IMG/VR virus record: IMGVR_UViG_3300008255_000246
Location: 1-38,318 of that record
Strand: one strand, 5' to 3'
Source of the DNA: a virus
Taxonomy: Duplodnaviria; Caudoviricetes
DNA: 38,318 nt
The notes below the pieces were generated by a model, which was not told the origin of the DNA, did no database searches, and saw only the letters and a program-made list of their open reading frames with translations. Every line of letters begins with the position of its first letter. The first letter of the stretch is position 1. Made by a program: the position numbers and the translations under genes. Positions 19,104 to 28,175 of this stretch are shown here, in pieces.

Positions 19104-19135
19104 AAAGGCTGCAAGTGATTGCAGCCTTTTCTTTT
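19104..19135 (+). terminator. intrinsic terminator that is also a loop variant of the dispersed palindrome
   Basis: AAAGGCTGCAA-GTGA-TTGCAGCCTTT followed by TCTTTT. Confidence 0.75.
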
Positions 19136-19144
19136 GGTGGTGAC

Positions 19145-19504
19145 ATGAACCGATATGCGACCGATGCCTTCTACCAGAGCTTCTTGGCAGGCAAGCCCCT
19201 ACCTTTCTCTTGGGAGTCCAGGCTCAAGATCATCGTCAACCTCGCAGAATGGCCAGAGCGCGTGATCGTCTTCTTTGAGAGTCGTTATGATGAAGACGAT
19301 CCCAGGCTGCTTGGTTTGGAAGCGCTAGGCTCTTGGGCTTCGACGCGTGAAAGCTGGCAGGTGAAGCCGACTGAGGGCCTGCCGCCAAGGAGCACCATCA
19401 TGCAGTTAGAGGCTTCTGACTTTGATCAGGAGGTCTTAAAGACGCTCAAAATGAATGCAGCATTTTTGCGAAGAACAAGGTTAAAAGACTTGAACCCATT
19501 CTAG
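19145..19504 (+). CDS. hypothetical protein
   Basis: ATG 19145 after GGTGG; about 119 aa. Confidence 0.55.
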   Translation: MNRYATDAFYQSFLAGKPLPFSWESRLKIIVNLAEWPERVIVFFESRYDEDDPRLLGLEALGSWASTRESWQVKPTEGLPPRSTIMQLEASDFDQEVLKTLKMNAAFLRRTRLKDLNPF

Positions 19505-19563
19505 TTTAAGCTAGTTTTTGTGTGCGTTCTTTCCCTTGCCCCAAAACCCGAACGAGACGAAAA

Positions 19564-20715
19564 ATGCAAGACCAAATGTCCTTAATCTGCGACATCCCAG
19601 ATGTCGTGGAGTTCCTGCCTCTCCCGCCGCCGCTCAACCTTGAGCAGCACAACATCGCCCCTTCAACGCCTGAGCAGCAAGCCCAGGCGTTGAAGTTCGT
19701 TCGCGACATGGCCGTCTCAGATGGCAAAAGCTCAGGAGCCTTCTGGGCGACCAAAAGTGCTATGCACAAAGAGATCCGCCGTAACGACTGGACGCGCGCA
19801 CTCTCCTATGGCCGCTGGTTTCATCACATGGCGAACAACTCGTCAGTGAAGAAGTACATTTACAGTTGCGCCACCGAGGAAACGCGCAACCTCGACATGC
19901 TTTTGTGGATGGCCGAGAACCACGCCAGCCGCAAAGGCGCCGCCACATGGGTTGACTTCCTCCACAAGATCACTTCAAGCATCAAGAAGTGGGAGGTGCC
20001 GTGCTTAGCTCACACAGAATCAATACTGTTCGAGGTCAGCGCCCGCGCTCGCTTGGTGCTGACCGAGGACGAGGTGACTGAGCGCACGCTGAGCGTTGAC
20101 TCGCTCACCGAGGCATATCACATCTTCATCAGTATCAGTATGCCCGAGCAGGACGAGCGCAAACAGCAGCTCATGGGCGAAGCGCTGCTAGAGCGTCTGC
20201 CCAAGGATGTCAGCGATCCGCTCAAGCTCTACTTCAAGCATCGACACATCAGCTTTAACCCGCTTCAGACGATGATTGACTACCTGTTCATCCCTGAGTG
20301 CATCGAGGCTGCCAGCACATACCCGCACGCCCAAGAGCCCGCCGATCTGACCTATGACTTCTATCCTTACGAGCCCTATGTCATGGACAATCACGTCCGC
20401 CCAGGGAATCAGGCTCTTAAGCAGGGCCGCGACGCTTGGTTTAGGAATGAGCAGCCCCCCGGCACCGATCTGCGCTGGAGCGGCGCTGAGATCGGCAACC
20501 TGTGGCGCTATCTCGCATTCCATTCTGGCGATCCCGACTGGATGAACCAAAGCTGGATGCAGCCTTTCGAGGCTTGTGACGACGATCTCAGAACTTATCA
20601 CCGCGCCCTCGCTGTCCAGGCTCATGACAGCGCCTTCATGCCCCGCTTTAAGGTCATGGCCGAGCACATTGACTTGGGATCGCTTGTCGGCTTTGACTGG
20701 ACCGTGCTACGTTAA
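19564..20715 (+). CDS. RarA/MgsA C-terminal-like helical domain protein (no ATPase domain)
   Basis: KSAMHKEIRRND...A..Y resembles RarA SA.HKS.RGSD; later YVMDNH..PG motif. Confidence 0.4.
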   Translation: MQDQMSLICDIPDVVEFLPLPPPLNLEQHNIAPSTPEQQAQALKFVRDMAVSDGKSSGAFWATKSAMHKEIRRNDWTRALSYGRWFHHMANNSSVKKYIYSCATEETRNLDMLLWMAENHASRKGAATWVDFLHKITSSIKKWEVPCLAHTESILFEVSARARLVLTEDEVTERTLSVDSLTEAYHIFISISMPEQDERKQQLMGEALLERLPKDVSDPLKLYFKHRHISFNPLQTMIDYLFIPECIEAASTYPHAQEPADLTYDFYPYEPYVMDNHVRPGNQALKQGRDAWFRNEQPPGTDLRWSGAEIGNLWRYLAFHSGDPDWMNQSWMQPFEACDDDLRTYHRALAVQAHDSAFMPRFKVMAEHIDLGSLVGFDWTVLR

Positions 20716-20721
20716 CTTGCG

Positions 20722-20755
20722 AGCGCTCAACTGCAATCGATTGCAGTTGAGCGCT
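20722..20755. repeat. dispersed palindrome copy 5 (34 bp)
   Basis: AGCGCTCAA-core-TTGAGCGCT, upstream of the wlbA-like gene. Confidence 0.95.
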
Positions 20756-20799
20756 GCTCACATCACCATCGTCAACCTTAATGTCAACTGGAGGAGCGC

Positions 20800-21903
20800 A
20801 TGAGCGTTCGCTACCCTAGTCTTGAACCGATCAACGATCGCCCGGTGAGGTTTGCTATCGTTGGCCTTGGTCGTATCTCTCAGCAGCACATCCAAGCGAT
20901 CAGCGCTTGTCCTAAAGCTGAGCTTGTCGGCGCGTGTGACATTGATCACTACGCGCTCATGAGGCTTTCGACGAGCTATCATGGCGACTTGACGGTCAGG
21001 CATGAACTCGACCGACTCTTAGATGACATCGAGGGTCAAGCCGATGTCGTCGTCTTGACGACGCCTAGTGGCCTCCACGCTGCTCAGGCGATCAAGTGTG
21101 CATCGCGCGGCTTCCATGTCATCACCGAGAAGCCTATGGCGACAAGGTGGAGCGATGCAGTCAACATGGTGCGGGCCTTCGATCAAGCCCAGAAGCTCTT
21201 GATGGTGGTGAAGCAGAACAGGCTCAACCCGACGCTTGTGATGGTAAAGCGCCTTCTCGACGAGGGGCGCCTTGGTCGGATCTATGCCGTCCAGTCTAAC
21301 GTCTTCTGGACGCGCCCACAGCTTTACTATGACTTGGCGGACTGGCGAGGGACGTGGGAGTTTGATGGCGGCGCCGTGATGAATCAGGCAAGCCATTACG
21401 TTGATCTCTTGACGTGGCTCTTTGGGCCTGTGGTCAGTGTCAGCGCCTACGCCTCAACGCTTGCTCGCAAGATCGAGGTGGAGGACACGGCCACACTCTC
21501 TCTTGAGTGGCAGTCAGGGGCACTCGGCAGCATGATGATCACCATGCTGACCTACCGTGAGAACCTTGAGGGCTCGCTTACGATCATCGGTGAGCGTGGA
21601 ACGATCCGCCTTGGCGGCAAGGCGTGCAACACGGTTGACTTCCTCGACATCGAGGGGCTTGATGCCGAGGAAGTCGCCCGCCTGAGCGCTACCTCCTATG
21701 ACACCAGTTCGGTCTATGGATATGGTCACAAGGGCTACTACCAGAACGTCGTCAACGCGCTTGAAGCGGGCACTCGCCCTGATGTTGATGGTCGCGATGG
21801 CTTGAAGTCGCTGGAAGTGATCATGGCGGCTTACAGGTCGTCTCGCTTAGGATGCCGCGTCCACCTCCCATTTGACCTTGGTGTTGGCCATGAAGGCTTC
21901 TGA
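20800..21903 (+). CDS. wlbA: Gfo/Idh/MocA UDP-GlcNAc(A) C3-dehydrogenase (WlbA/WbpB-like)
   Basis: GLGRI Rossmann motif, TPSGLH, EKPMA, WTRPQ.YYD..WRGTWEFDGGA.MNQASHYVDL, SVYG.GH; GGAG RBS. Confidence 0.9.
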   Translation: MSVRYPSLEPINDRPVRFAIVGLGRISQQHIQAISACPKAELVGACDIDHYALMRLSTSYHGDLTVRHELDRLLDDIEGQADVVVLTTPSGLHAAQAIKCASRGFHVITEKPMATRWSDAVNMVRAFDQAQKLLMVVKQNRLNPTLVMVKRLLDEGRLGRIYAVQSNVFWTRPQLYYDLADWRGTWEFDGGAVMNQASHYVDLLTWLFGPVVSVSAYASTLARKIEVEDTATLSLEWQSGALGSMMITMLTYRENLEGSLTIIGERGTIRLGGKACNTVDFLDIEGLDAEEVARLSATSYDTSSVYGYGHKGYYQNVVNALEAGTRPDVDGRDGLKSLEVIMAAYRSSRLGCRVHLPFDLGVGHEGF

Positions 21904-22510
21904 GCTGAAGTTCTATCACCATCCCACATCTGACGTGGAAATGCTTACCGCCGCTGAGCCTAAAGGCTCTATTGGCGATGGCACAAAGATATGGCGCTGG
22001 GTCCACGTCATGAACGGGGCCGTCATCGGAGCGCGCTGCATTCTTGGTCAGGGCGTCTTTGTTGCTCCTGGCGTCAAGCTGGGTAACGGCGTCAAGGTGC
22101 AGAACAACGTCTCGCTCTATGATGGCGTAGAGCTTGAAGATGACGTGTTTATAGGGCCGAGTGTCGTCTTCACGAACGTGAAGACGCCAAGGGCTCATGT
22201 GGAGCGCAAGGACGCCTATGAGAAAACGATCGTTCGTCGAGGCGCTTCTATTGGTGCCAACTCGACGGTCCTCGCTGGCGTTGAGCTTGGGATGTACTGC
22301 TTTGTTGGTGCCTCGTCTTTCGTCAACAAGGACGTGCAGCCCTTCGCCCTGGTCTACGGCCAACCTGCCCGTTGGCAAGGCTGGATGTGCGTCTGCGGCG
22401 AGGTGCTAAGCCGTCAACGCGCGCCTGAGCATATCTGCGAGCACTGCCTAGCAGTCTACAAGGAGCACATCAAAGGCGGCAGCGGCCTTTACTGTGCTTT
22501 CACCCCTTAA
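21890..22510 (+). CDS. wlbB: hexapeptide-repeat sugar N-acetyltransferase (WlbB/WbpD-like)
   Basis: LbH repeats, KVQNNVSLYDGV.LEDDVF.GPS.VFTNV..PR, GASIGANST, GWMCVCG plus C-terminal CxxC. Confidence 0.9.
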   Translation: MKASELKFYHHPTSDVEMLTAAEPKGSIGDGTKIWRWVHVMNGAVIGARCILGQGVFVAPGVKLGNGVKVQNNVSLYDGVELEDDVFIGPSVVFTNVKTPRAHVERKDAYEKTIVRRGASIGANSTVLAGVELGMYCFVGASSFVNKDVQPFALVYGQPARWQGWMCVCGEVLSRQRAPEHICEHCLAVYKEHIKGGSGLYCAFTP

Positions 22511-22542
22511 CATAACCATCCCCGTCTGACTGTGAGTGACCT

Positions 22543-23697
22543 ATGACTGTCCCATTCTTCGAGTTCTTTCAAAGTGAGGAGCAAATCACCAAAGCGCTTG
22601 CCCGAGTCGAGTCTGTGGTGAGGTCTGGCTCTTTCATTGGCGGCCACGTCATCACTGAGCTTGAACACAAGCTCGCCAACTACCTTGGGGTCAGCCCCGA
22701 GCAGGTGGTGACGACAAGCAGCGGCACTGACTCGCTGGTGCTCGCGCTACTCTGTTTGGGTGTAGGCCCAGAAGATTATGTGATCGTCCCGCCCTTCACC
22801 TTCTATGCGACGATCGAGGCGATCCTCTTGGTCGGCGCCAAACCTCTCTTTGTGGACATTTGGATCGACTACAATATCAACTCCAACCTTGTCGCCAAGG
22901 CGCTCAGCAGCCCTGAAGGGGCGTCGGTCAAGGCTATCATGCCCGTTCACCTCTTTGGTCAGATGTGCAACATGGGCCATATTCAAAGCCTCGCCGCCAA
23001 TTATAAGGTGCATGTCATCGAGGATGCAGCTCAGTCGATCGGCTCTTATCTGAAGGAGTACAATGGCGACAAGCAGTATGCTGGCACCATTGGCGACGTG
23101 GGTTGCTTCAGCCTTTTCCCCACAAAGAACCTCGGCTGCATGGGTGATGGTGGCTTTGTCGTCGCGCGCAACCCTGCTGTGGCTTATGAGATCCGCCACC
23201 GCCGCGCCCACTGCATGACGCAGAAGTATTGTCATGATGGCGTTGGCGGCAACTATCGCCTTGACGCGCTCCAAGCTGCCTTTCTGATCGACAGGCTTGA
23301 GGAGCTGCCCACGCTGATTGAGCAAAGGCGCGCAAACGCCGCCTACTATAAAGAGGGCTTGGCTGACGTTAAGAGTGTGTCCTGTCCTTTTGACGGTCAC
23401 GACTATTACAGCTATCGCACCTTCAACCAATACTGCATCCAGTTCGGGACAGCTCAGCAGCGCACCAGGGCTGCTCAAGCCTTTAAGCTCGCAGGCATTG
23501 GATTCAACATCTACTACCCTGTGCCCTGTCACCTCCAGCCTGTGATCAATGGTCGGCGCGGGGCCTTTCCTATGGCAGAGGCAGCGAGCGAGAGGATCAT
23601 GGCGTTGCCGATCTACCCCGGCTTGAAGACCAGTCAGCAAGACCAAGTGATCGATCTGCTCAAGCAACTCGACAGCCGCAACGCAGGAGAGCTTTGA
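22543..23697 (+). CDS. wlbC: DegT/DnrJ/EryC1/StrS PLP sugar aminotransferase (WlbC/WbpE-like)
   Basis: SGTDSL, PVHLFGQ, IEDAAQS, FSLFPTKNLG.MGDGG, G.NYRLDALQAA, YYPVP.HLQP. Confidence 0.92.
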   Translation: MTVPFFEFFQSEEQITKALARVESVVRSGSFIGGHVITELEHKLANYLGVSPEQVVTTSSGTDSLVLALLCLGVGPEDYVIVPPFTFYATIEAILLVGAKPLFVDIWIDYNINSNLVAKALSSPEGASVKAIMPVHLFGQMCNMGHIQSLAANYKVHVIEDAAQSIGSYLKEYNGDKQYAGTIGDVGCFSLFPTKNLGCMGDGGFVVARNPAVAYEIRHRRAHCMTQKYCHDGVGGNYRLDALQAAFLIDRLEELPTLIEQRRANAAYYKEGLADVKSVSCPFDGHDYYSYRTFNQYCIQFGTAQQRTRAAQAFKLAGIGFNIYYPVPCHLQPVINGRRGAFPMAEAASERIMALPIYPGLKTSQQDQVIDLLKQLDSRNAGEL

Positions 23698-24347
23698 TGA
23701 TCTCTTTCACCAATTACACTCGCGCGCTGTTCCTGGCCCCCCATACTGATGACGTTGAGCTTGGTTGTGGTGCGACGCTTGCCAGGATGGTTGATGTTGG
23801 TGTTGACGTGACTGTCGCGGCCTTCTCGACGGCCAAAGAGTCGCTGCCCGAGGACCGCCCTGATCAACTCCGCGATGAGTTCTATACCGCGATGGCGCGA
23901 GTAGGCGTGGCCCCTTCCCGCCTTCACGTCTATGACTACCCCGTGCGCAAGCTCAGCTATCACAGGCAAGATGTGCTGGAGCGCCTTGTCGATCTTCAGC
24001 GCTCTGGAGATTTTGACATTGTGTTCTTGCCATCGGGGCACGATCTCCACCAAGATCACCAAGTGCTCTACGCCGAAGGGACGCGCTGCTTTAAGCATGG
24101 CACGATTCTCGGTTATGAGCTGCCCTGGAACCACATCACCTTTGATGCGCAGTTCTTCATTGAAGTGTCAGCAGCTCACCTTGAGCAGAAATGGAACGCG
24201 ATGCAGGCTTATGAGAGCCAGTTCGAGAAGGCGCGCAGCTACTTCAGCCGCGATTTCATGTTCAGCTTGGCGCAAGTCAGGGGCGAGCAGATCCGCAAGC
24301 CCTACGCTGAGGCTTTTGAGCTTGTTCGCATGGTGCTCAAACTTTAG
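23694..24347 (+). CDS. PIG-L/LmbE-family N-deacetylase
   Basis: APHTDDVELGCG, D.HQDH, K..AM..Y.SQ, AEAF. Confidence 0.9.
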   Translation: MMISFTNYTRALFLAPHTDDVELGCGATLARMVDVGVDVTVAAFSTAKESLPEDRPDQLRDEFYTAMARVGVAPSRLHVYDYPVRKLSYHRQDVLERLVDLQRSGDFDIVFLPSGHDLHQDHQVLYAEGTRCFKHGTILGYELPWNHITFDAQFFIEVSAAHLEQKWNAMQAYESQFEKARSYFSRDFMFSLAQVRGEQIRKPYAEAFELVRMVLKL

Positions 24348-24373
24348 GCGCCCTCGCGCGCTTCTACTGAGAG

Positions 24374-24405
24374 GCCTGTGACTGCAATCGATTGCAGTCA
24401 CAGGC
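24374..24405. repeat. dispersed palindrome copy 6 (32 bp)
   Basis: GCCTGTGA-core-TCACAGGC, between PIG-L and the glycosyltransferase. Confidence 0.95.
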
Positions 24406-24420
24406 TTCAGGAGTTTTTTG

Positions 24421-25950
24421 ATGATCTGTCTCTACATCCCGTTCGTCACCAACCCAAACGTGCAGGGCTGCTCTATCCACAACTCCAACAAGGTCATCTT
24501 GCGCCGCTGGGTGGAGAGCAACGAGAACAACTCAGTGATCTTCCCTATCTACTCGAATTTGACTTATGACGACTGGATCGATCACCCGCGCATCCTCAAG
24601 GTGCCGATCTCCCCGGAGCTGATGACTGGACAGTTCAAGACAGGGAGCAGCCTTCAGGATGACATTCTGAGGCTGGTCCTGCCTGATGATCCTGAGAGTC
24701 TTCAATTTGACTTCATCATGACGCCTAAGCCGAGGATCGCGCCGCAGATTCAGGCGTTGCTTGGGCGAGTTACTGCGGGCTCTCCTGCCGTCATCATGAG
24801 CCTGTGCTCATTCATCACGCCCCCAGATCAGCCCTACTACTCAGGTATCAATCATATCTACGACGAGATTTACTTCTACGGCCTGATGCAAAGTTACGCG
24901 GCCTACCAGTCGGAGTTCTCGTTTCAGTACATGGTCGAGCGCGCCCGCAAGGTCTTCAAGCCCGGCAATATCAGGCGCCTCTATGATAACCGCCTGCCGG
25001 ACTATCAGGGTGTTGATGTGAACCGCGTCCTTGGGGTGATCGACGGGATAGAGAAGCCCAAGAATCACCCGCTCAGGATTCAATACGCGGGCCGCCTTAC
25101 TTCCTCTATGCGCGTCGAGGAGTTTAGGGAAACGGTGCAGTCGCTCTTTGAGTTTGGTCGTGACGTTGAGCTTGTGATCTGCTCTCAGGGGATGCCCGGC
25201 CAATATGGCAAGAAGCAGCTCGGCATCCTTGATGATCGTGGCATGGCCTACGAGCTTCATACTCAGTGCCCCCAAGAGGAGTTCTGGAAGATTTCAGCGA
25301 CCTGCCACATCCAGATCTATTCTTCAAAGTATGGCGAGGCATCGATCGCCGCCTCCACCGCTGAGCAGATCATCGCTGGCGTCGTGCCGATCATCTTGGA
25401 GGCTCCATACACGCAGCGTTGGTGGCAGGACTATCCCTTCAGCTTCAAGACCAAGAGCGAGCTTGAGGTGCATCTTAGGTACATTTACGAGCACTACTTC
25501 GAGGACGAGGTGCAGGGGCCGTTCAACGAGCTGCGCGAACGGATGATCAAGGGGTATGACGTTGTGGTCCGGCATCAAATGCTGATGAACAGCATCAAGC
25601 CCCTGGTCGAGAAGAACAGGGAGACAACGATCGCTGCCGCCAGCTACGTTTCAAGCATTGTGGCTGATGCGCTGCTCGCCAGTGGTATGCCTGAGCAGAT
25701 CACCTGGGATGAGCTGGTCGATGTGGCCAAGCGCACGTCAAAGACAGGGGCGGACATTCGCCAAGGGACGCAGCTTTTCATGAAGACCACCAAACTCGAC
25801 TATCACAAAACGATGGGGTTCATGGGCTACGAGGGCACCTACGATGAGAACAGGGTCTTGACGTATCGACGCCTCGACTTTGACTTCCCCATCGCCAAAT
25901 ACATGAGCAAGTCGGAGTCGGTCCCTGCCGTGGAGGATGAAGAAGAATGA
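24421..25950 (+). CDS. GT-B fold glycosyltransferase
   Basis: IQYAGRL plus an E-x7/8-E-like motif (GEASIAASTAEQIIAGVVPI) typical of the GT4/GT-B C-terminal Rossmann domain; AGGAG RBS. Confidence 0.65.
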   Translation: MICLYIPFVTNPNVQGCSIHNSNKVILRRWVESNENNSVIFPIYSNLTYDDWIDHPRILKVPISPELMTGQFKTGSSLQDDILRLVLPDDPESLQFDFIMTPKPRIAPQIQALLGRVTAGSPAVIMSLCSFITPPDQPYYSGINHIYDEIYFYGLMQSYAAYQSEFSFQYMVERARKVFKPGNIRRLYDNRLPDYQGVDVNRVLGVIDGIEKPKNHPLRIQYAGRLTSSMRVEEFRETVQSLFEFGRDVELVICSQGMPGQYGKKQLGILDDRGMAYELHTQCPQEEFWKISATCHIQIYSSKYGEASIAASTAEQIIAGVVPIILEAPYTQRWWQDYPFSFKTKSELEVHLRYIYEHYFEDEVQGPFNELRERMIKGYDVVVRHQMLMNSIKPLVEKNRETTIAAASYVSSIVADALLASGMPEQITWDELVDVAKRTSKTGADIRQGTQLFMKTTKLDYHKTMGFMGYEGTYDENRVLTYRRLDFDFPIAKYMSKSESVPAVEDEEE

Positions 25951-26624
25951 GAGTCTGCATCCACCAACTCAACTTCATGCCTTGGCCCGGATACTTTAAC
26001 AAGATGATCAAGTCAGACGTGTTCATCCTTGATGTAGACTCCAAGGTTGGCGAGTTCACCCGACGCGCTAAGCTCAGCCGTCAGCATCAGGGGTCGAACA
26101 AGGACTACTATCTGACCTTACCCCTCAATGGGCGCATGGTGAGCATCGGCCAGTGCCAATTCACACCTCACGTCACCGACTGGCCAGAGCGAGTGTTTGG
26201 TGACTTGAAGGCCGCCTACGCCAAGGCGCCTTACTGGAAGGTATACGAGCACGAGCTTGCTGAGCTTCTTGGGAGCAAGTCGCTGTTTCTGTGGCAGTAT
26301 AATCTGGCTGCGCTAATATGGTTAAGAGTAAGACTGAAGATCAACACACCACTGGCGCTCTGCGCAGACCATTCAGGCGACTCGACGACTGATCGCCTGA
26401 TCCATGCGTCTAAGTCTGTGGGCGCGTCATCGTGCATCCTTGGTAGCTCATTTAAGGCTTATGGCGACATGGATGCTTGGCGAGCATCTGGCCTGGGCCT
26501 TGTCATTCAAAACCTTGCCAAAGATCCTTCGCCTTACTCGACGCTCCACTGGCTGCTCACCATTGGTCCAGAGCGCACGAGGGAGCTGGTCGTTGGCTTT
26601 GCAACGTTTGAGAGGTTGATGTGA
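25947..26624 (+). CDS. WbqC-like protein (proposed aminoacyl/glycyl transferase)
   Basis: IHQ.NFMPW.GYFNKM..SDVFI.D, LTLP, Y.KAPY, T.RLI, ST(L)HWL..IGP. Confidence 0.85.
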   Translation: MRVCIHQLNFMPWPGYFNKMIKSDVFILDVDSKVGEFTRRAKLSRQHQGSNKDYYLTLPLNGRMVSIGQCQFTPHVTDWPERVFGDLKAAYAKAPYWKVYEHELAELLGSKSLFLWQYNLAALIWLRVRLKINTPLALCADHSGDSTTDRLIHASKSVGASSCILGSSFKAYGDMDAWRASGLGLVIQNLAKDPSPYSTLHWLLTIGPERTRELVVGFATFERLM

Positions 26625-27442
26625 TCGACGAGATGGAGACAGAAGGGGCGCTGGGTGGTGAATATAGGGTGCTGCCCATAGAGAAGTGCGTGCCTAATGA
26701 GTGGAATCCCAACGAGATGGATGAGGAGACGCTGAACAAGCTGTCCGACAACATCGACGAGGTTGGGTTCATCGATCCCATTCAGGTGGTCAGGATCGAT
26801 CGCGGCGACGGCGCCGAGGTCTATCAGATTCTTGGTGGAGAGCACCGCTGGCAAGCCTGCAAGTATAGCGGCAAGACTCACATTCCAGCGATTGTTTTGA
26901 CCAGCGACATCTGGAAGGACGAAGACCTTAAGAAATTCGTCACCGTGCGTCTCAACGCGCTCAGGGGTGAGATCAATACCGAGAAGTTCGTCAAGCTCTG
27001 GACCGACCTTGCGCGCCGCTATGAGGCCAAGGAGATGCAGAACCTCTTGGCGTTCACAGACAACTCTGCTTACAAGTCGCTCACCAAGGGCCTCGTGCAA
27101 GACATCGTGAGCATGGACCTCCCCGCGAGCGTGAAGGACCAGTTCAAGAAGAAGATCAAGGAGGAGAAGCTGACAGTAGGCGGCATCTCCAAACTGCTTA
27201 ACGAGCTGTTCTCCAAGTATGGGAGCACGGTGCCTAATCGCTACCTGTTCTTTGACTACGGCAACAAGGAGCACCTTTGGGTGCCCGTGGACGACAGGCT
27301 TTGGAAGCACCTTACGATGCTGATGAATGCTGTGTCCGAGGAGAATGTATCTGCGACCGAAGTGTTCAAGGATATGTTGAGGCTCTATGACCTGAACCGC
27401 CTCAAGCGTCTCCCCAAAGTCATAAGCACAGACGAGCAGTGA
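26621..27442 (+). CDS. ParB/Srx N-terminal domain protein
   Basis: PNEWNPN.M, L..NI.E.GFIDPI.V, YQILGGEHRW.A. Confidence 0.88.
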   Translation: MIDEMETEGALGGEYRVLPIEKCVPNEWNPNEMDEETLNKLSDNIDEVGFIDPIQVVRIDRGDGAEVYQILGGEHRWQACKYSGKTHIPAIVLTSDIWKDEDLKKFVTVRLNALRGEINTEKFVKLWTDLARRYEAKEMQNLLAFTDNSAYKSLTKGLVQDIVSMDLPASVKDQFKKKIKEEKLTVGGISKLLNELFSKYGSTVPNRYLFFDYGNKEHLWVPVDDRLWKHLTMLMNAVSEENVSATEVFKDMLRLYDLNRLKRLPKVISTDEQ

Positions 27443-27443
27443 T

Positions 27444-28166
27444 ATGTCTGAAGTGCATCGCGCGCCCCGTCGCTATCGCCGGGATGAGAAGAAATATCAG
27501 AAGCTGAGGAACCTGAATTGCTTTAATGACGCCTACGATATGATCTTCAATGGGTTCAAGCTGACTGAGATTGCCTCGTTCATCCAAGAGGACAAGGGAG
27601 AATATCTTGAGGTCCAGCCGACCACGCTAGTCGCTATCTTGAGCGACTTTAAGCGCTCGGTCATGACTGAGGATGAGATCGCCGTGCAGGTCCATCCAGA
27701 GCGCGCTAAGCAGGCATTGGAAAAGCTCAACGATCATGTTGACGTGCTGAACGAGTATCAGCGCCTCTACGACATGCAGATGGCCAGGATTCAGAAGACC
27801 GTGGCGATGGAGGAGCACATGAACGGCATGATGCTCCCGCAGCTTGGAAAAGAGATCAGCCGGGCCGCCGACCTGCTCCGACAGATCAAAGAGACGCAGC
27901 AAGAGTATGGCCTCACCCCGAGAAACATAGGCCAGTTGACGCATCGCGCCGAGATTGGGGTGGTAGCAGGGGACAAGATCCCGCCCCACCTACTCGGATC
28001 TGAGAAGATTCAGCAGACGATTGAGTTTTTTAAACTCTTGGAGAACACCGACTCAGGCGTGTTGGTTGCCGCGCAGCTCTTTCCCGTCTCGGTCGAAAGC
28101 GACATCCCCGAGTATGACGACGCCGTAATCATCGACAACCATGATGCCGGATCTGAAGAAGAATAG
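27444..28166 (+). CDS. putative terminase small subunit
   Basis: N-terminal HTH-like region, central coiled coil and acidic tail; lies immediately upstream of the large terminase. Confidence 0.55.
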   Translation: MSEVHRAPRRYRRDEKKYQKLRNLNCFNDAYDMIFNGFKLTEIASFIQEDKGEYLEVQPTTLVAILSDFKRSVMTEDEIAVQVHPERAKQALEKLNDHVDVLNEYQRLYDMQMARIQKTVAMEEHMNGMMLPQLGKEISRAADLLRQIKETQQEYGLTPRNIGQLTHRAEIGVVAGDKIPPHLLGSEKIQQTIEFFKLLENTDSGVLVAAQLFPVSVESDIPEYDDAVIIDNHDAGSEEE

Positions 28167-28175
28167 GAGGGTCAA

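Noticed and set aside
20800-26624. Host O-antigen locus from contig chimerism, or a serotype-conversion cassette
   Set aside because: Genes overlap continuously into ParB/terminase, are flanked by the phage's own palindrome, and no membrane flippase/polymerase is present. Read-level confirmation was not possible.
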